A stretch of DNA of 64,000 bases from Macrostomum lignano. Its lineage: Eukaryota. Positions 15,055 through 25,092 of this stretch are shown here, one piece after another (the stretch's first letter is position 1; each line of letters opens with the position of its first letter). Location: NCBI GenBank assembly GCA_002269645.1, contig NIVC01000347.1, positions 124,001 through 188,000 on the forward strand, given 5' to 3'. A program made the position numbers and the translations under genes. A model generated the notes under the pieces. That model saw only the letters and a program-made list of their open reading frames with translations. It did no database searches and was not told the DNA's origin.

Positions 15055-17820
15055 CTAGTCAGTAGCCTCGCCAGCTTGTACTCCAGTGGCCTCACCAGCT
15101 TGTACTCCAGTGGCCTCGCCAGCTTGTACTCCAGTGGCCTCGCCAGCTTGTACTCCAGTGGCCTCGCCAGCTTGGTCTCCAGTAGCTTCACCAGCTTGTA
15201 CTACAGTGGCCTCACTAGCTTGGACTCCAGCAGCCTCACCAGATTGTACTCCAGTAGCCTCACCAGCTCGAACTCCATTGGAGAAAACGGCCCACGTCTC
15301 CTCAGCGAACTCCGCTGCCAGGTGCGCCACATCGTACGCCGTCTTTCGGCACACTCCGCCTCCCGACCAATCAGATTTGAGCTGCTGATTGAGCTCTTTC
15401 ACCAGGATCTCAGTCGAGTGCTTCTCGTTGTTAACCAGGTAGACCCAGCGGACAATCCAGCTGTCCTCACTTGATAGAATTCTGTGCTCACGACTCACCA
15501 TGAAGTTGAATATGTCTCTGGTGTCTCTCGATTGGGGAAAGTTTTTACGAGTATCCTTATCAATTCGCTTTGATTCTTCTAGCAGGCATTTTCGCACGTT
15601 TTCAAGCGTTACAGTATCTTTCTTGAGCAGCTTCATCAGCGACTCGAGCTCGAATGCCTTCCGCTCTGTCTCGGAACTAAGCTGGTTGAACTGCCTTTTA
15701 TAGTCGCCTTCAAGCTGCTTCTTAAACTGGCCAAACGCGTGAGGATATGAGAACTCTCGACCCGATCCCTTAAGCCGAACTGCCAGCGACCGATCGAGGA
15801 CTTCCTTCGCCTCTTTCAGCACCGATACGATCATGTTGTTCATTTCTTGAACTTCTCTACCAGTCTCCTTCATCTGCAGCTTCGTCATGAGAAATCGATT
15901 CGATCTCATGAGGTTTCCGCGATCGCCGGCGCCTTCAGCTGACCGAGTCGAGCCCGCTTTGCTCGTTAGCAGATTGAGCTCCAAGAACTCAGCGATTCTG
16001 AGCTTTACAGACTTCCTTAAATCGTCCAAATCCGATTCAGTTTCAATAACGAAGCTGTTGGAATCATCTATAGTGAGTTCGATCTTGGCGCACAGCTCGT
16101 ACAACTCTCGGCGGAAGAACAGCGGGTCTTTTCCAGCTTGAGCTGATGGTGACGCATCCGCCATCACCCTTTCGGCAGTTTTCTGTTCGGACTTTCGACG
16201 CTCAAGAATGTCGAAAATTCGAGGAGCCGCATCGCGACATCCGCACTCGAGACACTCCTGAAAATGTTTTAGATCAGCCTCGGGATTCTCTAGAAGTGAC
16301 TGAGCCAGCAGTTTGTTTTTACTTTCATGCTCATCTGGAAGCTTCCTAAAACAGTCTACTGCGGCATCGAAGTTTCTGTTCTTCATTAAAAAGCGACCAA
16401 GGTGCTCCAGAGCGAACTCATTACCTTCATCTCGTTCTAATGCGGTTCTGTAAAGCGATTCGATGTCCAGCTTCTTCTTAAATGTGCCAAACAGAGAAGC
16501 AAACCACGCCAGGTACTCTTCTCTGCCTTCTTGTAAACGGAAAAGATCCTCAAAGAAGGCCTGTTTCTTTGCGTAAAACACCATTTCTAAACTGGACTGG
16601 GCCTCTACAGCAGCGATGCACGACTCTATAGCTTCGTCCGTATCACCCTGCTTCATCAAATACAAAGCCTTGCTAAACAGAATAGCTGCCACATCTTTGT
16701 TATACATTGAAAATATCTGACGAAGTGAGTCGAAGTGAGCTACAGATTTATCTTTGCCTAAACTTTCGCTCTGCAGTTCCAGAAGTTTCAGCTCGATCCA
16801 AAGATTACCAGTTGCAGCTGCGACTTCTTGGCCTTTTTTTAGCAGCCGTACTGCTTCATCTGTACTCCCGATTTCGCAGGCTGCACCCGCCATCTCCAAG
16901 TAAAATCCGGAGTCGCTTATTGAAAAGTCTGAACTTTTTACATCGTCCAGTAGAGCCTTTCTTTGCTGGTCAAAACTTTCTTTTGTTCGCCAATTCAGAT
17001 GCCGAAATATTTTTGCGCACACAACGTACATGAAAAACGAATGCTCTTTGAAGCTCTTCGGGCTTTGCAGAAACATGTCGGTAGCTTTTTCAACGAGCTG
17101 GCAACACAATTCGTGGTTTACATTGTGAAGAATTGCTTCTGCATAGTTGGCATAAAAAATGGAGGTTGTGAGATTCTTCTTCTCCCCAATCTCTCTGGCG
17201 GTGCGCCACAGCTCCAACAATTCACTGTCGGCCTGCTTTTTTGCCGTCTGCCTGTTGCACCGAGCCTTTAAAAATGCCTCACCATAAAGCCAATAAAAGT
17301 TTTCTGGTTGTATTTCTTTGGCCCTGGAAAAAGCCTCAACACCAATAGCATACTTTTTGGGTCCGAAACAGTCAAAAGTGACGCCTTTGACTCCGAAGAC
17401 TTGAGCTCGTTTGTTATTGTCATTCCACAGACTGCTGAGCTCGCGAAGTTCCTGTGCAAGTACGTCCTCTTCACGCTTCTGGAACTTTTTACTTGTATTT
17501 CCGCGCATCTTTTTGAGGTGCAATACGTCAGCTCTGATTACATACTCGCTGGATACGTGCAGGTCAGTCTGATTGTCTGACTGAATTTGAGCATCAATGC
17601 GTCGCGCCTCATCCAGGAGTTCTTGCGCTCTGACGAAATCCACGCGCATCTTTTGGGTATGTAGGTATGCCAGCGTAGTGAGGTAGGCGACCTTCTTGTG
17701 AGGCTCTCGGTTGATCTTTCGTTCTGTGGTCTTGATCACGTCTTCGATGTTGACTTTTGTACTTTCCTCGTCAGGACGCCAAGTAAAGTGACACTCCAGC
17801 TGGTCCAAGGTCTCAACCAT
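15055..17820 (-). CDS. IFIT-like tetratricopeptide-repeat protein (921 aa, intronless) with a conserved C-terminal HEPN-like domain and an 8-aa repeat tail
   Basis: LDQLECHFTW matches the IFIT N-terminal LEQL(R/E)CHFTW. AYLTTLAYLH...AQELLDEA and FGPKKYAIGVEAFSRAKEIQPEN match IFIT TPR segments (cf. GGKNYERAKACFEKVLEVDPEN). Long helical TPR-like body. Confidence 0.8.
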   Translation of the reverse strand: MVETLDQLECHFTWRPDEESTKVNIEDVIKTTERKINREPHKKVAYLTTLAYLHTQKMRVDFVRAQELLDEARRIDAQIQSDNQTDLHVSSEYVIRADVLHLKKMRGNTSKKFQKREEDVLAQELRELSSLWNDNNKRAQVFGVKGVTFDCFGPKKYAIGVEAFSRAKEIQPENFYWLYGEAFLKARCNRQTAKKQADSELLELWRTAREIGEKKNLTTSIFYANYAEAILHNVNHELCCQLVEKATDMFLQSPKSFKEHSFFMYVVCAKIFRHLNWRTKESFDQQRKALLDDVKSSDFSISDSGFYLEMAGAACEIGSTDEAVRLLKKGQEVAAATGNLWIELKLLELQSESLGKDKSVAHFDSLRQIFSMYNKDVAAILFSKALYLMKQGDTDEAIESCIAAVEAQSSLEMVFYAKKQAFFEDLFRLQEGREEYLAWFASLFGTFKKKLDIESLYRTALERDEGNEFALEHLGRFLMKNRNFDAAVDCFRKLPDEHESKNKLLAQSLLENPEADLKHFQECLECGCRDAAPRIFDILERRKSEQKTAERVMADASPSAQAGKDPLFFRRELYELCAKIELTIDDSNSFVIETESDLDDLRKSVKLRIAEFLELNLLTSKAGSTRSAEGAGDRGNLMRSNRFLMTKLQMKETGREVQEMNNMIVSVLKEAKEVLDRSLAVRLKGSGREFSYPHAFGQFKKQLEGDYKRQFNQLSSETERKAFELESLMKLLKKDTVTLENVRKCLLEESKRIDKDTRKNFPQSRDTRDIFNFMVSREHRILSSEDSWIVRWVYLVNNEKHSTEILVKELNQQLKSDWSGGGVCRKTAYDVAHLAAEFAEETWAVFSNGVRAGEATGVQSGEAAGVQASEATVVQAGEATGDQAGEATGVQAGEATGVQAGEATGVQAGEATGVQAGEATD
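15058..15268 (-). repeat. Coding 24-bp tandem repeat, (AGEATGVQ) x ~8.5
   Basis: ctccagtggcctcgccagcttgta units at the 3' end of the IFIT-like CDS. Confidence 0.95.
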
Positions 17821-19349
17821 CGTAGCAGCGGACCCTGTGAAACTTTTGGGTACAAAATTTGCTTTCAGTCGTCTAAGTAAGTTAAAGAAATGTTTTTTTA
17901 TTGTCCTGTATTGAAATATATGTTAGATTAATATTATCACTGAAAACATGCCAAATACCGAAGGCGCACTTAATCGCAAACCTACGAGCGTAGTACGAGG
18001 AGAGTCAGCACTACTTGCAATGCGAGTGTCTCGCTTCTCTTTACTCCAAGGCCTTTCTCTAACTGCGTCTTTTAAGCTAAAAAGATGAAGAATACGAGCT
18101 AGTTGAACACTTATGGGGCAGATAGTGCGCACAAAATGCATCTTAAAAGCTGTGTCGGTTTTACAGTGCTGCCCTATGCATTGTTTGAGTTCAATTTGTT
18201 GTGTACTCTCTGCTTGCTTATGTGGTTCAGAGCAATTTTAGTGTTTGTGTACATAAATTTACAGGGACTGTTACAGTGACAGGCGACAGCAAGCGCAAAC
18301 ACTCCAACCGCATACAATATTAATCATTGTTTTCTAAGAGCTGATCTAAAGTACATGTTCTCAGAATCAAAGCACGCAGGAAAGCTTGCTTTCGCCTGTT
18401 CTGTGCGTTCTGCGCGTCCATGCCTGATAAGGCTCAAGACTTCGTTGAGCATCCCTCGATGCGCGTAGAGTGTGCATATGTCGTCGTAGACCTGAACACT
18501 GTCCTGCGTAGGTTTGAGCGGTCTCTGTTCGAGACGCCGCATAAGAACGGAAACTTCCTAGAGGACTTCTCATGGACCTCTCCAGACTCTCCTGAAGAGG
18601 CAGGACATGGTGTCGGTCAACACCCGTTTTCGCAAGCCACCGGGAGGACTTTCAACCTATGTGTGCTGCAAGCGAAGACGGCAAGAATGCGCGTGGCCGA
18701 AAAGCAACACAGAGGCAAACAGAACTCAAACATGTGCTTGTGCGCTTTTGGGAGCGCCGCCGCGCCGTTAACTGCCGGTCCATCACACCACTGACTCCTC
18801 GTCTCCTCGGGAGGCCTCAAATTCAATAACTCGATAGAAATATACTGTATAATAGCAGCCGGCAATAACACAGCTCTCAATAATCGAATAACAAAGACTT
18901 TGACTAAGGCTTACCGATCGATATAAGCTTCTCTCAGAGATTTAGCCTCTCGGTTCATGTTAGTTTGTCTCGAGTTCTCTTGAGGCTGCTTCGAGGCTGC
19001 TACGAGTCTGGATTTCAGCTCAGATTTTTCGCTTATATTTATACCCGTTTTGAGTCGACCTTGAGCTCAAACCGTTTTTTTGATGAGTTTACGAAAGGAC
19101 TTTATTTGACAGATGAGATTTTCGAAAAGAAGCAGTGAAACTTAGGTCAATTTAAGGTTAACGTTTACATTTTTTGCGAGTTCTAAAATTAAATGTTGCG
19201 AACCGGTTTTTCGCATAATGAAATTGTAATTCACTGTTTTCGTGATAATACTAACGCATGCAAGGTGGGTTCAGCACGCCTGTGTAGCATGAGACAGACC
19301 AGGCCTACGAGCTAAGGTCTGCGATCCTACACACCTGCACCCCCTATAT

Positions 19350-22300
19350 TCTGGTGCAGGAATATGTACGGTGCTGAAAAACCTGTTTATCTACATGGAG
19401 GACGAGCGACCCCAGACACACCGGCACCGTGCCTGGATTTTGGCTCGCAGCTGCATCACCAAGGCCGACGAGCTGCGTCACCTGCTAGTGGCTACCAACC
19501 CGGCGCTACCGGCAAACGGTGTCGTAGTTCACAAGACCATCTCCAAGCCGGGCGGAGATGGTTTCACGGCTATTCTAGGACTGTCGGATAGCTGGATGCT
19601 CCGCTATCCGGACATGTCCCTCATCTCTGTCGGGCTGATGCAGATTCAGCTCTTTAGCTTTGAGTCTGACGCCACCCGTCCACCGCCCCCGGAGAAGCGT
19701 AAGCGGGCGAGCGGGCACCGCCCGCGGAGAAGCGTAAGCGAGCGAGCGGGGGCTCTGCCGGGCGGAAACGCCCAGGAAAAGAAGCTCCCGGTCGTCACGA
19801 CCCCTCCGAGGACGTGGACCCTGTCAGAGGGAAAGCCGCGAAAGCTGCAGCAACAGGCGGACGTGGAAAGGGCCGGGAAACCCACCCGGAACACTATCCG
19901 CTCTGGTCTGACTCAGCGCGCGAAGCAGCTGCTGGACACCGCCAGGGCCCACAACCGCAGCAACCCCCAGCCCAATGTCACCACTGCGGCCCCCCAGAAA
20001 ACCGGGCTGAGAGCGAGAATGCCGCCCAGGTGGAGGCATCGCCCTCGACCATGGAGACCATCCAGGAGGAGCCCATGGAACTGGAGCCTGGAGCTATCGG
20101 CGAGGCAGAAGAGGTGGCTCTCCTGCACAACTCGCCCTGAGCCGGCAGGAAGCTGCGCGGACCACTCGTGGATTCCCCGGAGTGGACATCCTGCAGCTAA
20201 ACCTACACCACTGCATCGCGGCCTCGACCAACCTGATGCGGGTGGCAAACTTTGCGAAACCGGGCATCATCCTACTCCAGGAGCCCTGGACAAAGAAAGG
20301 TAAGATTCTGAATATTCCTGCTGGTTTTGACTGTTTTCAAGACCACCAAAACCCCAGAGCAGCCATGTTCGTGTCTACCCATCTCAAAGCTTGGCACAGA
20401 CCGGACCTCTCTGACAGAGATCTCTGTGTGATTCAATTCAACCATATTATCACCAACCGCACGGTCATCATCGCCTCGATCTATATCCCTGGCGATGGCC
20501 CCGCGGTTCCACCCAACCTCATCTCCCTCGTGGACTACTGCTCTAACTGTAGGTTCGAGCTGCTGGTGGCGGGCGACGTCAACGCTCACCATACCCACTG
20601 GGGCAATAATACTTCCAACAGCAGAGGCGAGGAACTCCTTGCTTACATCTGCACCACCAATACTGAGTTTTGCAACATTGGTGGAACCCCCACCTTTGAC
20701 AACGGGCGATGGACGGAGGCCCTCGACGTTACCCTCGTCTCCCATGGCTTGACTCCTTTAGTCAAGGACTGGGAGGTTTGGGACGAATAGGAATCTCTGT
20801 CTGACCATCGCTTCGTTCGTTTCCGATTGCAATCCTCTTGCCCCAAGCCTCACATCCTGTGGAAAAGGAACGTCCGGAACACTGACTGGACGGCTTTCAC
20901 GGAAACCCTGAAACGCCAGACAGATCAGCTGTTTACCGCCGCTCCAACCACCTGTCAGGAAGTGGATGACCTTGCAGACTTGCTCAGCAAGACCGTCCTG
21001 ACAGCCCATGAGGCTTCCTGTCCTCTTAAAGCCTACAAAGGCACAATATCCGCCCCCTGTTTGCACCCGGCGCTTGGATCCCTCCGGCGCAAGGTAAAGT
21101 ACTTCCAACCGTAAGCTCGCAAGAGCAAGGACCCAGCTGACCTGGCCGCCTACCAAGAAGCGATCCGCGACTTTAAGCGTGAAACCAGGAAAGCCAAGTC
21201 CGACAAATGGCGCCAATACTGCGCGGAGTTAGAAGGCACCCGTCCTACTTCGCGCGTAGTTAAGGCTCTCACTCTTGACAAAATGTAAAAGCTCTCAGTT
21301 ATTAAAAGACCGGACGGCCGGCTCGCTGAGAACCCTGGGGAATCGCTGGACATCATGCTCACCAGCTCTTTCCCACGTGCCGCACAGCAGCTAGGCCCAC
21401 CGGACCACTCTCCGGGCGGACAGATCCTGGCTTCGACCATCATTACTAGAGAGAGGACGGCTCGCGCCGCAAAATACTTCTCTCCTTTCAAGTCACCAGG
21501 ATCTGACAACATTTATCCTGCCTTCCTCCATGAGGCAGTTATAAATGACAGGTTTCTCGGCCTCCTCTGCAACCTCTTCAAGGCCAGCATTACCCTCGGG
21601 TACGTGCCAAAAGCCTGGCAAGAGGCTACGGTAGTCTTCACACCCAAGCCAGGGAAGGGAGACTGATGGAACGGCTGGTGCTCTGGCGCCTTCTCCTCGT
21701 AGAGCTGAGGAACTCCCCGCTCTCCCCTAACCAGCACGCCTTTCGTTCTGGACGCTCCATCGAAAGTGCGCTGCACGCCATTGTCGACAAGCTGGAGCGC
21801 GCCGTGCTTGGCAATGGATACGCGCTCTCGCTTTTCCTCGACATTGATGATGCTTTCAATAATGTGCTCTTTGAAGTCTTTAAGCGGGCCCTGGAATCCC
21901 GGGGCACGCACGAGCACCTCACTCGCTGGATCATGTACATGGTCTCCCATCGTACTGCCACCTCGCGCCTCCTGGGACACTCGCGCTCCGTGGAAGTCCA
22001 GAAAGGCGGACCGCAAGTCCTAAGCCCGAAGCCCGATCCTCTCCTAAGCCCGATCCTCTGGAATATAGTCATGGACGAGCTGCTTTGCAGCCCGCATCCG
22101 GACCCAGTTTAGAAGGTCGGCTATGCGGATGATGTTACCGCCACTGTGGCTGGACCATCACCCGCGGTCCTCAGGGACTCCTTCAAGCCTTCATCCACCG
22201 TGCCGAACGCTGGGCACACAGCTGCGGTCTCAGGTTCTCTGAGTCTAAAACCGTGGCTATCATGTTCACCAGCCGCCGAAACTGGAGGATCGAACCGCTC

Positions 22301-23110
22301 TCCCTCTATGGCAAACCTGTTGCCATGGAGAAACAAACCAGATGTCTGGGCGTCACCCTCGACCACAGGCTGAGCTGGACCCCGCACGTCCAAACCAAAG
22401 CCCACAAAGCCCTCGCGACTCTCGCGCAGATCCGCAGAGCTTTCGGCGCTACCTGGGGCCTCACCCCCCGCCGCCTCTGGTGGATTTACACTGCCATTGT
22501 TAGACCGGCCATCTCCTTCGCCGGCTTCATTTGGAACAGTGCCATAGAAATGAAAGGGGTTCTTTAGGTTCTAAATAGGGTGCAAGGCCGCGCTTGTCGA
22601 GCTATCATGAGCGCGGCTCCCTCTGCGCCCTTCGCTGGCATGAACTCCTTGGACATTCCCCCCTCTACCTCTTTGTTGGGTGTCCAAATCCAGAAGCAGT
22701 TTGCCTTCAGAAAGCGGAATTTCCGGCCGCATGGCGACCTCAGCCTGCGAGACCTGGAAGAAGCGAGAGGCATTCCACCACGTCATGAAGCAAGAGACAA
22801 CTGGAAACCCCATGAAATCCACTGCTTCACTGACGGGTCCCAAATCAACTCCGCCTCTGGCTACGGCTACTGCATCGTGTCTGGAGGGAGAACTATGGCG
22901 ACCTTCTCCCAACACACCGGCACCTGCTCCACCGTCTTCCAGAACGAAGTTCTCGCCATTAGCTCCTGCGCCATGGAGCTGTACAATCAGCGCGTCTGGG
23001 GGAAGGAAATTACCCTCCAATCAGACAGCCAAGCGGCGATTCACGCCCTTGAGCGCAGCACCACCTGCTCGCGTACAGTCCTCGACTGTATCGGGCAGCT
23101 CAACCGCTTA
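19350..23110 (+). mobile_element. Decayed non-LTR retrotransposon (LINE; R1/LOA/I-group type with RNase H)
   Basis: ORF1 remnant, then APE endonuclease (ILQLNLHH, LLQEPW, GDVNAHH, SDH), RT (KSPGSD, LFLDI..AFNNV, YADD, LGVTLDHRLSW) and RNase H (FTDGS, EVLAI, SDSQAA). Many stops, frameshifts and deletions; truncated at ~23110. Confidence 0.92.
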
Positions 23111-23510
23111 GGCACAACATATCTTTTGATATTTTGTGCCTTTCTTATTGTTCTATCGATATTCATAAAGCTTTTTGTTCAGAAAATTAGGATTCCATGT
23201 TAATTTTTTATTCTACGTATATTTGTGCACGTCTAGTGCCTAAAAACCATTAAAATGGCACAGCTTGGCTCTTTGCTTTTATGAGTCTATTTCATCATTC
23301 TTAGCTGACTGTGTAACAAATATGCGTAGCAAAAATGATAAAATGGATTCATAGAACCAAAGATTTGGAGCTGTACAATGCATTATTATTATTTTTAGGT
23401 ACAGGAAACGTACGTAAAATAAATAATTAATATAGAATCCTAATTTTCTGAACGAAAAGCTTTACAAATATCGATAGAGCAATAAGGAAGGCACAACATA
23501 TCAAAAGATG
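23111..23510. mobile_element. MITE-like element with ~100-bp imperfect terminal inverted repeats
   Basis: 23121-23220 is the reverse complement of 23410-23509 (atcttttgatat..ttgtgcc..ttattg.tctatcgatatt..aaagctttt.gttcagaaaattaggattc). Confidence 0.7.
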
Positions 23511-23899
23511 AGCATTGGATCTGCCTCCTATCAAAAGCAAAAGCAATTTGTGTGCTGAAAAAATGAAAAATTCTTATCTCCGTAGTGTATTTTTCCGGGA
23601 AAACCTGCCTTCTAAAATTTTCTAAGAAACAAGGTTTCCCGTCTTTTCGTCCTTGTTATGATCGCGTGACATTTAAAATTTTGGTTGTGCAAATTTTTAT
23701 CTTACTACTTCTAGTAGTCTGCTTGCACTGTATTTCGAAGATCTCTACACCGCCACTGTTAACGCGCCACCACCCCGCTGCCAGACAATCCCAACTTCCG
23801 CCAGAGACGCCGTTGTCGGAAGAGGAAAATTAATTTTAGCGTTGCACCAGCCGTGCACTGCCTGCTAGAGCACATCGAGGCTGAAATTTAGTGCGGAGG

Positions 23900-24300
23900 C
23901 AGTCGACGGAGATTCTGCGTTGCCAGTAGTTTATCTACCTCAGCGGTCTGGTTTCTGGCTTACGCGTGGATCTGTAGCGTCGCCGTGGGCGTGTCTTGGC
24001 TGCCTTTCGTTCTGTGAGGGGAAGCCCTGCAGTCTGAGGCCCTGTCTGACTGCCCTGGCACTGTTTCAAGCAGTGATCGAGACCGTCCTGCTGTACAACG
24101 CTGAGACCTGGACGTTGACGGACTCACTCGACCAACAAGTAGACGCGGCACAGCTGGTCTGCTGCGCGAAATATTCAAGATCGGCTACGAGCGATGGACC
24201 AACGTGGCACTTCTATCTATACGCGAGTCTGTAGGCTGTCGTGCGTCGTACGCTCGAGCAGCCTAGTCCCGACGGACACCGCGTTGTACGCGTGTCAGTG
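23900..24300 (+). mobile_element. 3' fragment of an RTE-like LINE
   Basis: Decayed LPVV..RRRG..AAFRS..LQSEALSD..LFQAVIETVLLYNAETWTLTDSL; same family as 9070-9490. Confidence 0.7.
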
Positions 24301-25092
24301 GAGGACCGCAGCCAGGGTCAGTACGCAAACCCGGGTCTGGGAAAGGGGCACGAAAGGACCAAGCCCTTGAGCCCCATCACCAAAATTATTTAAAAATTAG
24401 GCGACTTCTTTTCAACAAAATGTTTCTAGTGAAAGTTTTTAGGAGATGAGGTTTCACTATTCATTTACTCCTTAAAAAATAAAGTCCTTGTGAATAATAT
24501 TGGAATTGTAAGTCATCGCAATGGTGCTTTTTGACGTACTTTTACGAGCGTATTCTAAACAACGATACTAACAAAGGACAACATTGCCTGTAAAAGATTT
24601 GATATCGCTTAAAATTTAGCTTAAATTTCAGAGAGATAAATGATAAGAAGCGTTACCATTAAAATTAATCTTCAGAGCTTCAGCTACATTTTCAGGAAAA
24701 TTACAGTGGGAAACGTACACAGAACAGTTGGAAAAATGAGTTAGTGAAGTACAGGTCTGGATAAGAAAGGCTGGCGCCAACAAAAGCTCACTGCACAGTG
24801 CGCATCGACTCTCCCAGTAAATGCAGAAAGAAAGCTGCGAGTGCACAATACACAGACAGTCTGCTCTGCCAGACGAAACACCAACAAGAATGGCCCACCG
24901 CCGTTGTTCACTCACATGTACGAGCGTACGTCTATTTTTAGCTGCAGACGCATAAACAAATTTATCCACTACGTACGTACATTAAAGTTGAGTAAAAGTT
25001 AAAGCTCTGGATTCAATTGCACCAAAAGCAGCAGCGACAGTTTTTGTTCCAGCCGCATCAAATCAGTGATTCCATATAGAATCTAATTTCAC

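Noticed and set aside
24450-24463. ISRE/IRF-like motif GGTTTCACTATTC upstream of the second IFIT-like gene
   Set aside because: Imperfect, short, in AT-rich DNA, and not shared with the other paralog promoters; chance match likely
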